Shown: positions 19,190 through 26,045, counted from the first letter of the stretch. The stretch is 32,000 bases of DNA from Caldimicrobium thiodismutans (GCF_001548275.1 NZ_AP014945.1:930001-962000); one strand, 5' to 3'. Notes: generated from the letters alone by a model not told the origin. Translations and numbers: made by a program.

Positions 19190-19242
19190 CCTCTCTCACC
19201 TAATTTTAAATTATAGCAGATTTTTTCAAATTTTAAAGAGAG

Positions 19243-19284
19243 CCCATTGCCTCATTAAAAATCTATTCAAAAATTTATCGTTGC
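19243..19284. repeat. Left arm of an imperfect inverted repeat of about 42-46 nt (partner at 19554-19599)
   Basis: CCCATTGCCTCATTAAAAATCTATTCAAAAATTTATCGTTGC aligns with the reverse complement of 19554-19599 (CCCGTAATGCCTCATTTAAAAATCTACTTGAAATAGGTTTCGTTGC). The core TGCCTCATT(T)AAAAATCTA is near-identical, and a third direct copy lies at 19281-19302. Confidence 0.65.
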
Positions 19285-19553
19285 CTCATATAAAAAATCT
19301 TAGCACCTCTCTTGAACCTTCACGAAAAAACTATCTATTTCGCCCCTCTTAAATTTTACAAGCTTAGTTCTTTCGTAAAACTTATTTCAAAGGAAAGAGC
19401 GGGTGAAAAGGTAAAGGAGCTTCACAGAGAGATAAGGAGATATCAGAGAAGACTTGAAAGAGCATATTTAAAGAAAAAGGGGATTATTCCCAGGATAAAA
19501 TTGACAATAAATAAGGGGAAGTTAAAATGATTTTATTTAGAAAATTAAATTCC

Positions 19554-19599
19554 GCAACGAAACCTATTTCAAGTAGATTTTTAAATGAGGCATTACGGG
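19554..19599. repeat. Right arm of the inverted repeat (partner at 19243-19284)
   Basis: See the left arm. The core TAGATTTTTAAATGAGGCA at 19574-19592 is the reverse complement of 19248-19265 with one 1-nt indel. Confidence 0.65.
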
Positions 19600-19602
19600 A
19601 AT

Positions 19603-19826
19603 TTGTAAGGAGCTAAAATTTTAAAACCCTTGATTTTTTTTGTGTCTGTTGTACCACAGACATTCCTGTCTATGTTTCTTTCATACCTTGGAGTGTAATT
19701 TACCTCCACAGGCAAGATTGCCTGTGTTACTTTTACAGACTTGTAAAGGCCTCACCTGTATAGATATCTAATTCCCCTTTTACCCCACTTTTTCTTGTAA
19801 GGATCTGAACTTATACAGAAGTAAGG
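19603..19826 (+). repeat. Intergenic mosaic repeat, copy A (hairpin, M module, R module)
   Basis: It aligns along its length with 25268-25485, most positions being identical by eye with a few short indels. Both copies share ACAGGCAAGATTGCCTGT (19708-19725), TAGATATCTA (19761-19770) and the TTTTTCTTGTAAGGATCTGAACTTATACAGAA end. Confidence 0.8.
19607..19641 (+). terminator. Terminator-like hairpin plus T8 run (plus strand)
   Basis: AAGG-AGCTAAAATTTTAAAAC-CCTT is an imperfect hairpin (19607-19631) followed by GA and eight T (19634-19641). It is homologous to the perfect palindrome plus T-run at 25268-25302. Confidence 0.35.
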
Positions 19827-19834
19827 ACCATCCT

Positions 19835-20758
19835 TTAAAAAAAGAGGGACCCAGTAAGATTTTTACAGGACTCTTCGCATTTTTTAAGTTGTTCCGCTTC
19901 CTCAGGGGTTAATTTTATTTCAAGGATCCTTTCAACTCCCCTTTTTCCAAGAATTACCGGGACACCCAGAAAAACCCCTGAGATACCATATTCTCCCTCT
20001 AAAAGGACTGAACAGGTAAGGACTCTTTTTTCATCTCTAAGGATGCTTTCTGCCATCTCAATGGTTGCAAGCCCGGGAGTGGTAAAGGCACTTCCACTTT
20101 TTAAAAGACTTACTATTTCACCTCCCCCAAATTTAGTGCGATACACTATTTCATTTATCTTTTCTTGAGGAAGAAGCTCTGTAATGGGGATTCCGGAAAC
20201 ATTAGCTAATCTAACCAGAGGTATCATCAAATCTCCATGGACTCCCATGACAAGGGCCTGCACATCCTTAGGGGAGACATTCAGGGCTTCAGCAATAAAA
20301 TAGCGATATCTTGCAGAATCAAGGACCCCTGCCATTCCCAATATCCTTTCCTTGGGAAAACCTGTCACTTTATAAGCCACATACACCATGGCATCAAGGG
20401 GATTAGAGACCACAATGACAATACTTTCTGGTGCATAGAGTTTGATCTTTTCTGCACAGGACCTTACAATTTCCGCATTAATCTTAAGGAGGTCTTCCCT
20501 GCTCATGCCAGGGGTTCTTGGTTTGCCTGCGGTAATAATCACCACATGGCTCTTTTTTAAAAGAGAGAAGTCCTCAGTGCCATAAATTTTCCCTGAAAAG
20601 CCATAAAGGGGGGCACTCTGGGCAAGATCAAGGGCTTTGCCTTGAGCAAGACCTGGCACAACATCAAAAAGAAAAATTTCTTCAGCTACTTTTTTAACCA
20701 CAGCCCAATGAGCACAGCTTGTTCCAACAGCTCCTGCTCCAATAATTGAAAGCTTCAT
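19835..20758 (-). CDS. mdh: Malate dehydrogenase (LDH-like family)
   Basis: MKLSIIGAGAVGTS Rossmann N-terminus. AGKPRTPGMSREDL has the Arg expected for oxaloacetate/malate specificity, and the catalytic region has GVHGD. I chose ATG 20758, preceded by AAGGAGG, over the upstream track start at 20797. Confidence 0.9.
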   Translation of the reverse strand: MKLSIIGAGAVGTSCAHWAVVKKVAEEIFLFDVVPGLAQGKALDLAQSAPLYGFSGKIYGTEDFSLLKKSHVVIITAGKPRTPGMSREDLLKINAEIVRSCAEKIKLYAPESIVIVVSNPLDAMVYVAYKVTGFPKERILGMAGVLDSARYRYFIAEALNVSPKDVQALVMGVHGDLMIPLVRLANVSGIPITELLPQEKINEIVYRTKFGGGEIVSLLKSGSAFTTPGLATIEMAESILRDEKRVLTCSVLLEGEYGISGVFLGVPVILGKRGVERILEIKLTPEEAEQLKKCEESCKNLTGSLFF

Positions 20759-20768
20759 GAAGTCCTCC

Positions 20769-21665
20769 TTATAATCCTGCTTCTCTATCAGGGACATCAG
20801 TGTAAAAGGTTATCCCAAGACTTTTGCAAAAGTTCTTTGCCTCACGGTCAATCATTGGAGAGATAATTATTTTTCTTGTGACCCTTCTACCTTCTTTTTT
20901 CTCAAAAAACTTTACCTTTCTCTCAAAAAGCAGGACATCTGCAGGACTAACGGAAGACTTAATCTCAGCTACAATAAGCTCACCATCTCTAATAATAAGG
21001 TCAATTTCAACAGTTTTACCAGGAAAACCCTCAAAGACCTCACCTTCTAAATCAGTTGTTTCATAATGTTCTACCTTGACCCCAAAGGTTTCCTCAAGGA
21101 GACCTTTTACTGCATTGCGAAAGGTTTTTTCTGATTTAATTCCCCATCTTGCCCCGAGGGCACCAATCTGCACATCCTGTCTCTTTCTTAAGGCAAGGAT
21201 TTCTTCCATCAGGATTTTATTGCCTTGAGAGAGTTCTTCAAGCTTCTGAGAATGTTCCTCAAGCCTCTTTGAATGCTCTTTCAGTATCTGAGAATGTTCC
21301 TCAAGTCTCTTTGAATGCTCTTTCAGTATCTGAGATTGCTCCTCAAGTCTCTTTGAATGCTCTTTCAGTATCTGAGATTGCTCCTCAAACCTCTTTGAAT
21401 GCTCCTCAAACCTCTTTGAATGCTCCTTCAGAATCTGAGAATGTTCTTCCCATCTTTTTTCACTCTCAATTCTTAAGTTCTTGATCTCTTCTAAAAGGGC
21501 TTTGATCTCTTCTTCAGTGGTTCTTTTGTCAGCAAAATTTTCTTTGAAAAGACTTGCTACATAATCCTTAAGAAGGGGATCTTCCTTTAAAAGCTCAGGG
21601 AGATCCCGAATTAACATTTCCTTTAAGGCTACTTTGGATCTAATACTTTTTTTAGCCCTTTGCAT
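20769..21665 (-). CDS. Uncharacterized protein with an N-terminal tandem-repeat coiled coil and a C-terminal PD-(D/E)xK-like (restriction-endonuclease-fold) domain
   Basis: 298-aa ORF with an AAGGAGGG RBS. The middle region has about 5.5 copies of a 14-aa unit (EEHSQILKEHSKRL). The C-terminus has VEIDLIIRDGELIVAEIKSS, which fits D...E-x-K. It resembles the coiled-coil plus small nuclease-fold proteins I recall being labelled DUF3782 in thermophiles; this is unverified. Confidence 0.6.
   Translation of the reverse strand: MQRAKKSIRSKVALKEMLIRDLPELLKEDPLLKDYVASLFKENFADKRTTEEEIKALLEEIKNLRIESEKRWEEHSQILKEHSKRFEEHSKRFEEQSQILKEHSKRLEEQSQILKEHSKRLEEHSQILKEHSKRLEEHSQKLEELSQGNKILMEEILALRKRQDVQIGALGARWGIKSEKTFRNAVKGLLEETFGVKVEHYETTDLEGEVFEGFPGKTVEIDLIIRDGELIVAEIKSSVSPADVLLFERKVKFFEKKEGRRVTRKIIISPMIDREAKNFCKSLGITFYTDVPDREAGL
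21246..21445 (-). repeat. In-frame 42-bp tandem repeat (about 4.7 units plus a 21-bp half-unit duplication) inside the 20769-21665 CDS
   Basis: Units start at 21246, 21288, 21330 and 21372. Unit 1 differs from unit 2 at 1 of 42 positions, and unit 2 from unit 3 at 2 of 42. Unit 4 contains a tandem 21-nt duplication (CTCAAACCTCTTTGAATGCTC twice). Confidence 0.9.
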
Positions 21666-21806
21666 AAAAGTCCCTCCTTAATTTTTAAACTTAAAAGAAA
21701 AATGAAAAAAAACAAGATATTAAGTCCTTAGACAAAATCTTAAAAGTGTTTTGAGAAATAAAAAAGATTTGATAAAATACGAAAAATCAACTAAAGGGAG
21801 GAGACC

Positions 21807-23129
21807 ATGATTCCCCGTTATACAAGACCGGTTATGGCAAAGCTTTGGAGTGAGGAGGAAAAGTTAAGGGTCTGGCTACTTGTTGAATTCTATGCCATGG
21901 AGGCCTGGTATAAACTGGGAAAGGTGCCAGAAAAAGATTACCAGATACTTAAAGAAAAATTAACTCCCTACATGGAAAAGGGTTTTACTGAAGAAAATGT
22001 AAAAAGGGTTGAAGAGATTGAAAAAGAGACCCGTCATGATGTCATAGCCTTTCTCACTCACCTTGCTGAAATTGCTGGACCCTCTGCAAGATATCTTCAT
22101 CTGGGAATGACCTCATCGGATATGCTTGATACTGCCATGGCTTATAGAATGAAAAGGGCCATGGAGATTATCCTTGAAGATCTGGATAATCTCCTTGAAA
22201 GCTTAAAGCAAAAGGCTTTTCAATATAAAGATACACCCATGATTGGAAGAACTCATGGAATTCATGCTGAACCTATCACCTTTGGATTGAAAATGGCCCT
22301 TTTTTATGAAGAGATGAAAAGAAATAAAGAGAGACTTCTTCGGGCAAAGGAGAATATCTCCTATGGAAAAATTTCTGGTGCTGTTGGGACCTTTGCTCAT
22401 CTTCCTCCTGAAATTGAGGCCTACACTTGTGAAAAACTGGGATTAAAACCAGAGCCCATTTCCAACCAGATTGTTCAAAGGGATCGTTATGCAGAATACA
22501 TGTGTGCCCTTGGAATTCTTGCAAGCTCTATAGAGAAAATGGCAACGGAAATCAGACACCTGCAAAGAACAGAAGTCCTTGAGGCAGAAGAACCCTTTCA
22601 TGCCGGGCAAAAGGGCTCATCCGCCATGCCCCATAAGAGAAATCCTATTTTAACAGAGAATCTCTGCGGGCTTGCAAGAACAATTAGGGCTTATGTGATC
22701 CCAGCCCTTGAGAATGTAGTCCTTTGGCATGAAAGAGATATTAGCCACTCCTCCTCTGAAAGAATGATTATCCCCTCTGCAACTGCCCTCTCTGATTTTG
22801 CCTTGGTAAGACTTAATTATGTAATTAAAAATCTTCAGGTCTATCCTGAAAGGATGCTTAAAAATCTCCATCTCCTTAGAGGACTTATTTTTTCTCAGCA
22901 GGTGCTTCTCTCCCTTGTTGAGAAGGGTTTAACCAGGGAGGAAGCCTATATGATTGTTCAGGAAAATGCCATGAAGGTCTGGAAAGAGGAAAATCTTCAT
23001 TTTAAAGAGGCTTTATTAAGGGATGAAAGGGTTAGAAATTATTTAAGTCCAGAAGAACTTGAGAGTCTCTTTGACTTAAAAAATTATCTCTCCCGGGTGG
23101 ATACCATCTTTGCAAGGGTCTTTGCTTAA
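21807..23129 (+). CDS. purB: Adenylosuccinate lyase
   Basis: 440 aa with GMTSSD and the fumarate-lyase signature SSAMPHKRNP. A GGGAGGAG RBS precedes the ATG. Confidence 0.93.
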   Translation: MIPRYTRPVMAKLWSEEEKLRVWLLVEFYAMEAWYKLGKVPEKDYQILKEKLTPYMEKGFTEENVKRVEEIEKETRHDVIAFLTHLAEIAGPSARYLHLGMTSSDMLDTAMAYRMKRAMEIILEDLDNLLESLKQKAFQYKDTPMIGRTHGIHAEPITFGLKMALFYEEMKRNKERLLRAKENISYGKISGAVGTFAHLPPEIEAYTCEKLGLKPEPISNQIVQRDRYAEYMCALGILASSIEKMATEIRHLQRTEVLEAEEPFHAGQKGSSAMPHKRNPILTENLCGLARTIRAYVIPALENVVLWHERDISHSSSERMIIPSATALSDFALVRLNYVIKNLQVYPERMLKNLHLLRGLIFSQQVLLSLVEKGLTREEAYMIVQENAMKVWKEENLHFKEALLRDERVRNYLSPEELESLFDLKNYLSRVDTIFARVFA

Positions 23130-23150
23130 GCTAAGGAATACTCAGGGTTT

Positions 23151-23549
23151 ATGAAGCCCCTTTTAAAGGTAGTTGCAGGTTTAATTTGTAAAGAGGGAAA
23201 GGTCTTTCTTGTTAAAAGGCCTAAGGAGAAAAGGGATGGAGGGCTTTTTGAGTTTCCAGGGGGAAAAGTTGAAAAGGGGGAGGAATTGAAGGAGGCCTTA
23301 AAAAGAGAGCTCTTTGAAGAGCTTGGAATAAAGGTAAAGGAAGTAGAATTTATAGCGAGCGAAAGGGAAGAAAAAGGGGAATTTACTATAGAAATAAATC
23401 TCTTTTTGGTAAAGGAATATGAGGGAGAACTCTTACTGAAAGAGGCTGAAGAGGGAGGTTTTTATACCATAGAAGAGGCTTTAAACTTAGCGCTTTGCCC
23501 CCCGGATAGAAGGTTAATAGAAAACCTCAAGACTTTAAGAGGAAATTAA
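23151..23549 (+). CDS. NUDIX hydrolase (MutT-like)
   Basis: NUDIX box GGKVEKGEELKEALKRELFEELGI (GX5EX7REUXEEXGU); 132 aa. Confidence 0.85.
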   Translation: MKPLLKVVAGLICKEGKVFLVKRPKEKRDGGLFEFPGGKVEKGEELKEALKRELFEELGIKVKEVEFIASEREEKGEFTIEINLFLVKEYEGELLLKEAEEGGFYTIEEALNLALCPPDRRLIENLKTLRGN

Positions 23550-24866
23550 AGCTTTTCTTATAGTTCTTGCCAGATTTTTGATGCGGTGAATCTCTTCCCA
23601 GTCTGGATTTTTTAGAGCAGGAAAGACACTTTTGTTGGTAAAAAGAGGATCCTCTGAAAGGGGATAGCGGGAGGTCTTTTTAGCCTCCTCAAAAAGCGAA
23701 GTTCCTGGAATAGGTGAAAATTCAGAAAGATAAGGAGAAACTTGAAGCTTTTCAAGATGTTTTAAAGCCCTTTCAACAGCCTTAAAATCTTCCTCTGGAA
23801 GTCCATAAAGAAGATAGGCCCCAAGTTCCTTTGCAGTAAAACCTGCCTCTTTAAGATTCCTTACTGCCTCTTCAAACTCCTCTAAGGTAACCTTCTCATC
23901 AATACGATTCTCAATCCTCTCAAGCCCAAGCCTTATAGTTACAAAACCTCCCTCTTTTAAAAGCTTTGCGGCCTCTTTGGTGATAAACCTTGCATGAAGG
24001 GCATTGGGAGTATGAAAACGAACTTTAATGTTTCTTTTTAAAAGTTCTTCAAGAATAACCCCAAGATGTTTCTCAAAATTCACAAGCAGGGCATCATCAT
24101 AAAAGGCAAAGTCTATAATATTAAAATTTTTGTTCCAGTAGAGAATTTCTTCTACCACTAAATGAGGATCCCTTTGGATAAATTTTGAAAAAATTTTTTT
24201 GGAGGCACAATAAGGGCAATTAAATGGGCATCCAAGCGAGGTTAATAAAACCACATAGGGAATTTTTTTATAAAGATCAAAGGAAGGATAGTCATGGGGA
24301 TGAGTTTCTCCGGTGAGTGGAAACTCCTTTTTTAGCCTTTCAATAAAATTTTCAATGGGGTAAGATGCTATTTCTATTCTTGAGTCTGGATAAAGAGAGA
24401 GAAAATTCTCAAGATGGGCTCTGCAGAGTTTGGCATAAATCCCACCAACGAAGATGGGAATATCTGGATAATTCTTAGCAAAAAAATCTATCAGCACGAA
24501 AAGTCCAGGATACCAATAGGTCATAGTGGTTGAAAGCATAACTGCCTTGAATTTAAGGTTTGAGATTTCCTTTAAAAAGAGCTCAAAGGGAAGGCCATAG
24601 CGAAAATATCTTCTTGGAACATCAAGGAAAAAATAGGGTTTAAGGCTTACCTCCTTGTAAAAATGCCCTGTTCCATAGGCCTTTCTTTTGGGAGTTTTAG
24701 GGAGCTCTGGGTGAAAGGGATCAAGAAGATCAAGAAAATAAATTTTATAGCCTTCCTTTCTCAAAAGCCCTGCCAGTTTCAAAAGCCCATAGGGCTTTAG
24801 CCAGAAATCATGGGCAGAAAAGTCATAGATCCAGGGATTTATGAGAAGAAAATCAACCTTATGCAT
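23535..24866 (-). CDS. B12-binding-domain radical SAM protein, function unknown
   Basis: N-terminal LLINPW...GLLKLAGLL B12-binding-like domain plus radical-SAM CPFNCPYC. The start is ambiguous: ATG at 24866 (MHKVDFLLINPW) or TTG at 24887. Neither has a clear RBS. Confidence 0.8.
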   Translation of the reverse strand: MHKVDFLLINPWIYDFSAHDFWLKPYGLLKLAGLLRKEGYKIYFLDLLDPFHPELPKTPKRKAYGTGHFYKEVSLKPYFFLDVPRRYFRYGLPFELFLKEISNLKFKAVMLSTTMTYWYPGLFVLIDFFAKNYPDIPIFVGGIYAKLCRAHLENFLSLYPDSRIEIASYPIENFIERLKKEFPLTGETHPHDYPSFDLYKKIPYVVLLTSLGCPFNCPYCASKKIFSKFIQRDPHLVVEEILYWNKNFNIIDFAFYDDALLVNFEKHLGVILEELLKRNIKVRFHTPNALHARFITKEAAKLLKEGGFVTIRLGLERIENRIDEKVTLEEFEEAVRNLKEAGFTAKELGAYLLYGLPEEDFKAVERALKHLEKLQVSPYLSEFSPIPGTSLFEEAKKTSRYPLSEDPLFTNKSVFPALKNPDWEEIHRIKNLARTIRKALISS

Positions 24867-25015
24867 AATTTCAAATTTAATGTCCAAGCCTGAAATTTGC
24901 TATCTCAATTTTTATAGGGGTTCTGAAAAATTTTTCCTTTTAGGGATTTTATTTTTTTAGGAATAGTTGAAAAAATGGGAAGATTTATTAAAAGAGCGTT
25001 ATTTTTATTTAAAAG

Positions 25016-25088
25016 CGCCCCCAACGGGATTCGAACCCGTGTCTCTGGCGTGAGAGGCCAGTATCCTTGGCCACTAGACGATGGGGGC
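25016..25088 (-). tRNA. tRNA-Glu (anticodon CUC), CCA not encoded
   Basis: I folded the cloverleaf by hand. The acceptor stem GCCCCCA/TGGGGGC has 7 bp, and the D arm is GTC/GAT with one G-U pair. The anticodon stem is CTGGC/GCCAG with loop CTCTCAC, giving anticodon CTC. The T arm is ACGGG-TTCGAAT-CCCGT and the discriminator is G. Confidence 0.93.
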
Positions 25089-25108
25089 AAAATTTACAAA
25101 TCTATTTA

Positions 25109-25136
25109 ATAATAATCTCTATCCTTGAATTGTCAA
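25109..25136 (-). promoter_or_regulatory. Candidate promoter TTGACA-N16-TATTAT for tRNA-Glu
   Basis: On the minus strand, TTGACA is at 25136-25131 and TATTAT at 25114-25109. The -10 element ends about 20 nt upstream of the tRNA 5' end. Confidence 0.55.
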
Positions 25137-25140
25137 GCAA

Positions 25141-25490
25141 ATGTTTGCGTCCATATCTTTTGAGACTCTATAGGATTTTTTCTTAGGGCGTAACACAAAT
25201 TAAATCTCTCCACATACCCGTTCCCCTTTGGAAAGAAAGGATAAATAATCTGCAAAATCAAAATAGTAGGGGTTTAAAATTTTAAACCCCTTGAATTTTT
25301 TTGTGGGTCTCTTGTAGCACAGACATTCTTGTCTGTGTTTCTTTTACAGATTGGAGTGTAATTTACTTTTACAGGCAAGATTGCCTGTGTTACATTCACA
25401 GATTTGTAAAGCTTCCCTTGTATAGATATCTAATTCCCCTTTTATCCCCCTTCCATTTTCTTGTAATGATCTGAACTTATGCAAATTTGA
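25141..25490 (+). repeat. Intergenic mosaic repeat, copy B (most complete: L module, unique segment, perfect palindrome, M module, R module)
   Basis: L is at 25141-25178. The 24-bp perfect palindrome AGGGGTTTAAAATTTTAAACCCCT is at 25268-25291. CACAGACA-TTCT-TGTCTGTG is at 25318-25337, ACAGGCAA-GA-TTGCCTGT at 25371-25388, TAGATATCTA at 25423-25432, and R at 25455-25485. Homologous to copies A, C and D. Confidence 0.8.
25268..25302 (+). terminator. Perfect 24-bp palindrome followed by a T7 run (terminator-like; T-rich on the other strand too)
   Basis: AGGGGTTTAAAA/TTTTAAACCCCT is followed by TGAA and seven T (25296-25302). On the minus strand the hairpin is followed by ACTATTTTGATTTTG. No annotated gene ends here. 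Confidence 0.4.
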
Positions 25491-25553
25491 CTTTCCCCCC
25501 TTTGTAGGTATCCTTAGGTCAAGAAGTAAAAAAAATTAAAGGGGATGTTAAGC

Positions 25554-26045
25554 ATGGCCAAAGTTTTAATCCTTGGACTTGGAAATATTCTTTTAAGAGA
25601 TGAGGGGCTCGGGGTAAAGCTCCTTCAGGAACTTGAAAAGGAATTTCTCTTCCCTGAAGAAGTTATCCTCCACGATGGGGGAACAGGGGCTTTTTTTCTA
25701 CTTCCTTATCTTTTTTCCGCAGAAAAGGTGATCATCATTGATGCGGTAAAATCAGGAAATTCCCCAGGAACTATCCTTTTTGAACCTCTTTCAGCTCTAC
25801 CCAGGGATACCTTAGAAAAAATTTCCCTTCACGAAATAGGTCTTCCTGATCTCTTAAGAATTCTTGAATTTGCAGGAAAAAATTTTGAAGAAATTTTTCT
25901 TGCAGGAATTGAACCCAAAAATCTTGAGGTTGGGCTTGAGTTATCCGAGGAAGTAAAACGGGCAATACCTGAACTAAAGGAAAAAATCCTTTCTCTCTTA
26001 AAGGAATGGGGTATTTCCTTTCAGAGAGTAAGTAAAGCTCCATAA
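25554..26045 (+). CDS. Hydrogenase maturation endopeptidase (HyaD/HybD/HoxM family)
   Basis: VLILGLGNILLRDEGLG, IIIDAV and the HEIGLPDLL motifs. I prefer ATG 25554 (AAAGGGG about 9 nt upstream) over 25545. Confidence 0.85.
   Translation: MAKVLILGLGNILLRDEGLGVKLLQELEKEFLFPEEVILHDGGTGAFFLLPYLFSAEKVIIIDAVKSGNSPGTILFEPLSALPRDTLEKISLHEIGLPDLLRILEFAGKNFEEIFLAGIEPKNLEVGLELSEEVKRAIPELKEKILSLLKEWGISFQRVSKAP

Noticed and set aside
19243-19599. Inverted repeats flanking a noncoding stretch as a retron (msr/msd).
   Set aside because: No reverse transcriptase gene is adjacent, the arms are much longer than typical retron a1/a2 repeats, and I found no conserved branching-G context.
19640-19775. Phased ACAG repeats plus a nearby ParA as a replication origin or partition site.
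   Set aside because: There is no dnaA, dnaN or parB, and no cluster of DnaA boxes. Only isolated 8/9 matches occur, at 3376-3384 and 30064-30072. The same repeat occurs at several loci, which an origin would not.
21246-21445. Tandem 42-bp repeats as a possible CRISPR array.
   Set aside because: The units are directly adjacent with no spacers, in frame within a long ORF, and encode a heptad-compatible peptide repeat. No cas genes are present.
24905-25090. 61-aa ORF on the minus strand.
   Set aside because: It is the translation of the tRNA-Glu gene and its downstream spacer, so it is not a protein gene.
25141-25490. The repeat family as a MITE or IS remnant.
   Set aside because: I could not find terminal inverted repeats, flanking target-site duplications or any transposase or integrase in the window. 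The copies share modules in different combinations rather than common ends. This is not excluded, but it is unsupported.
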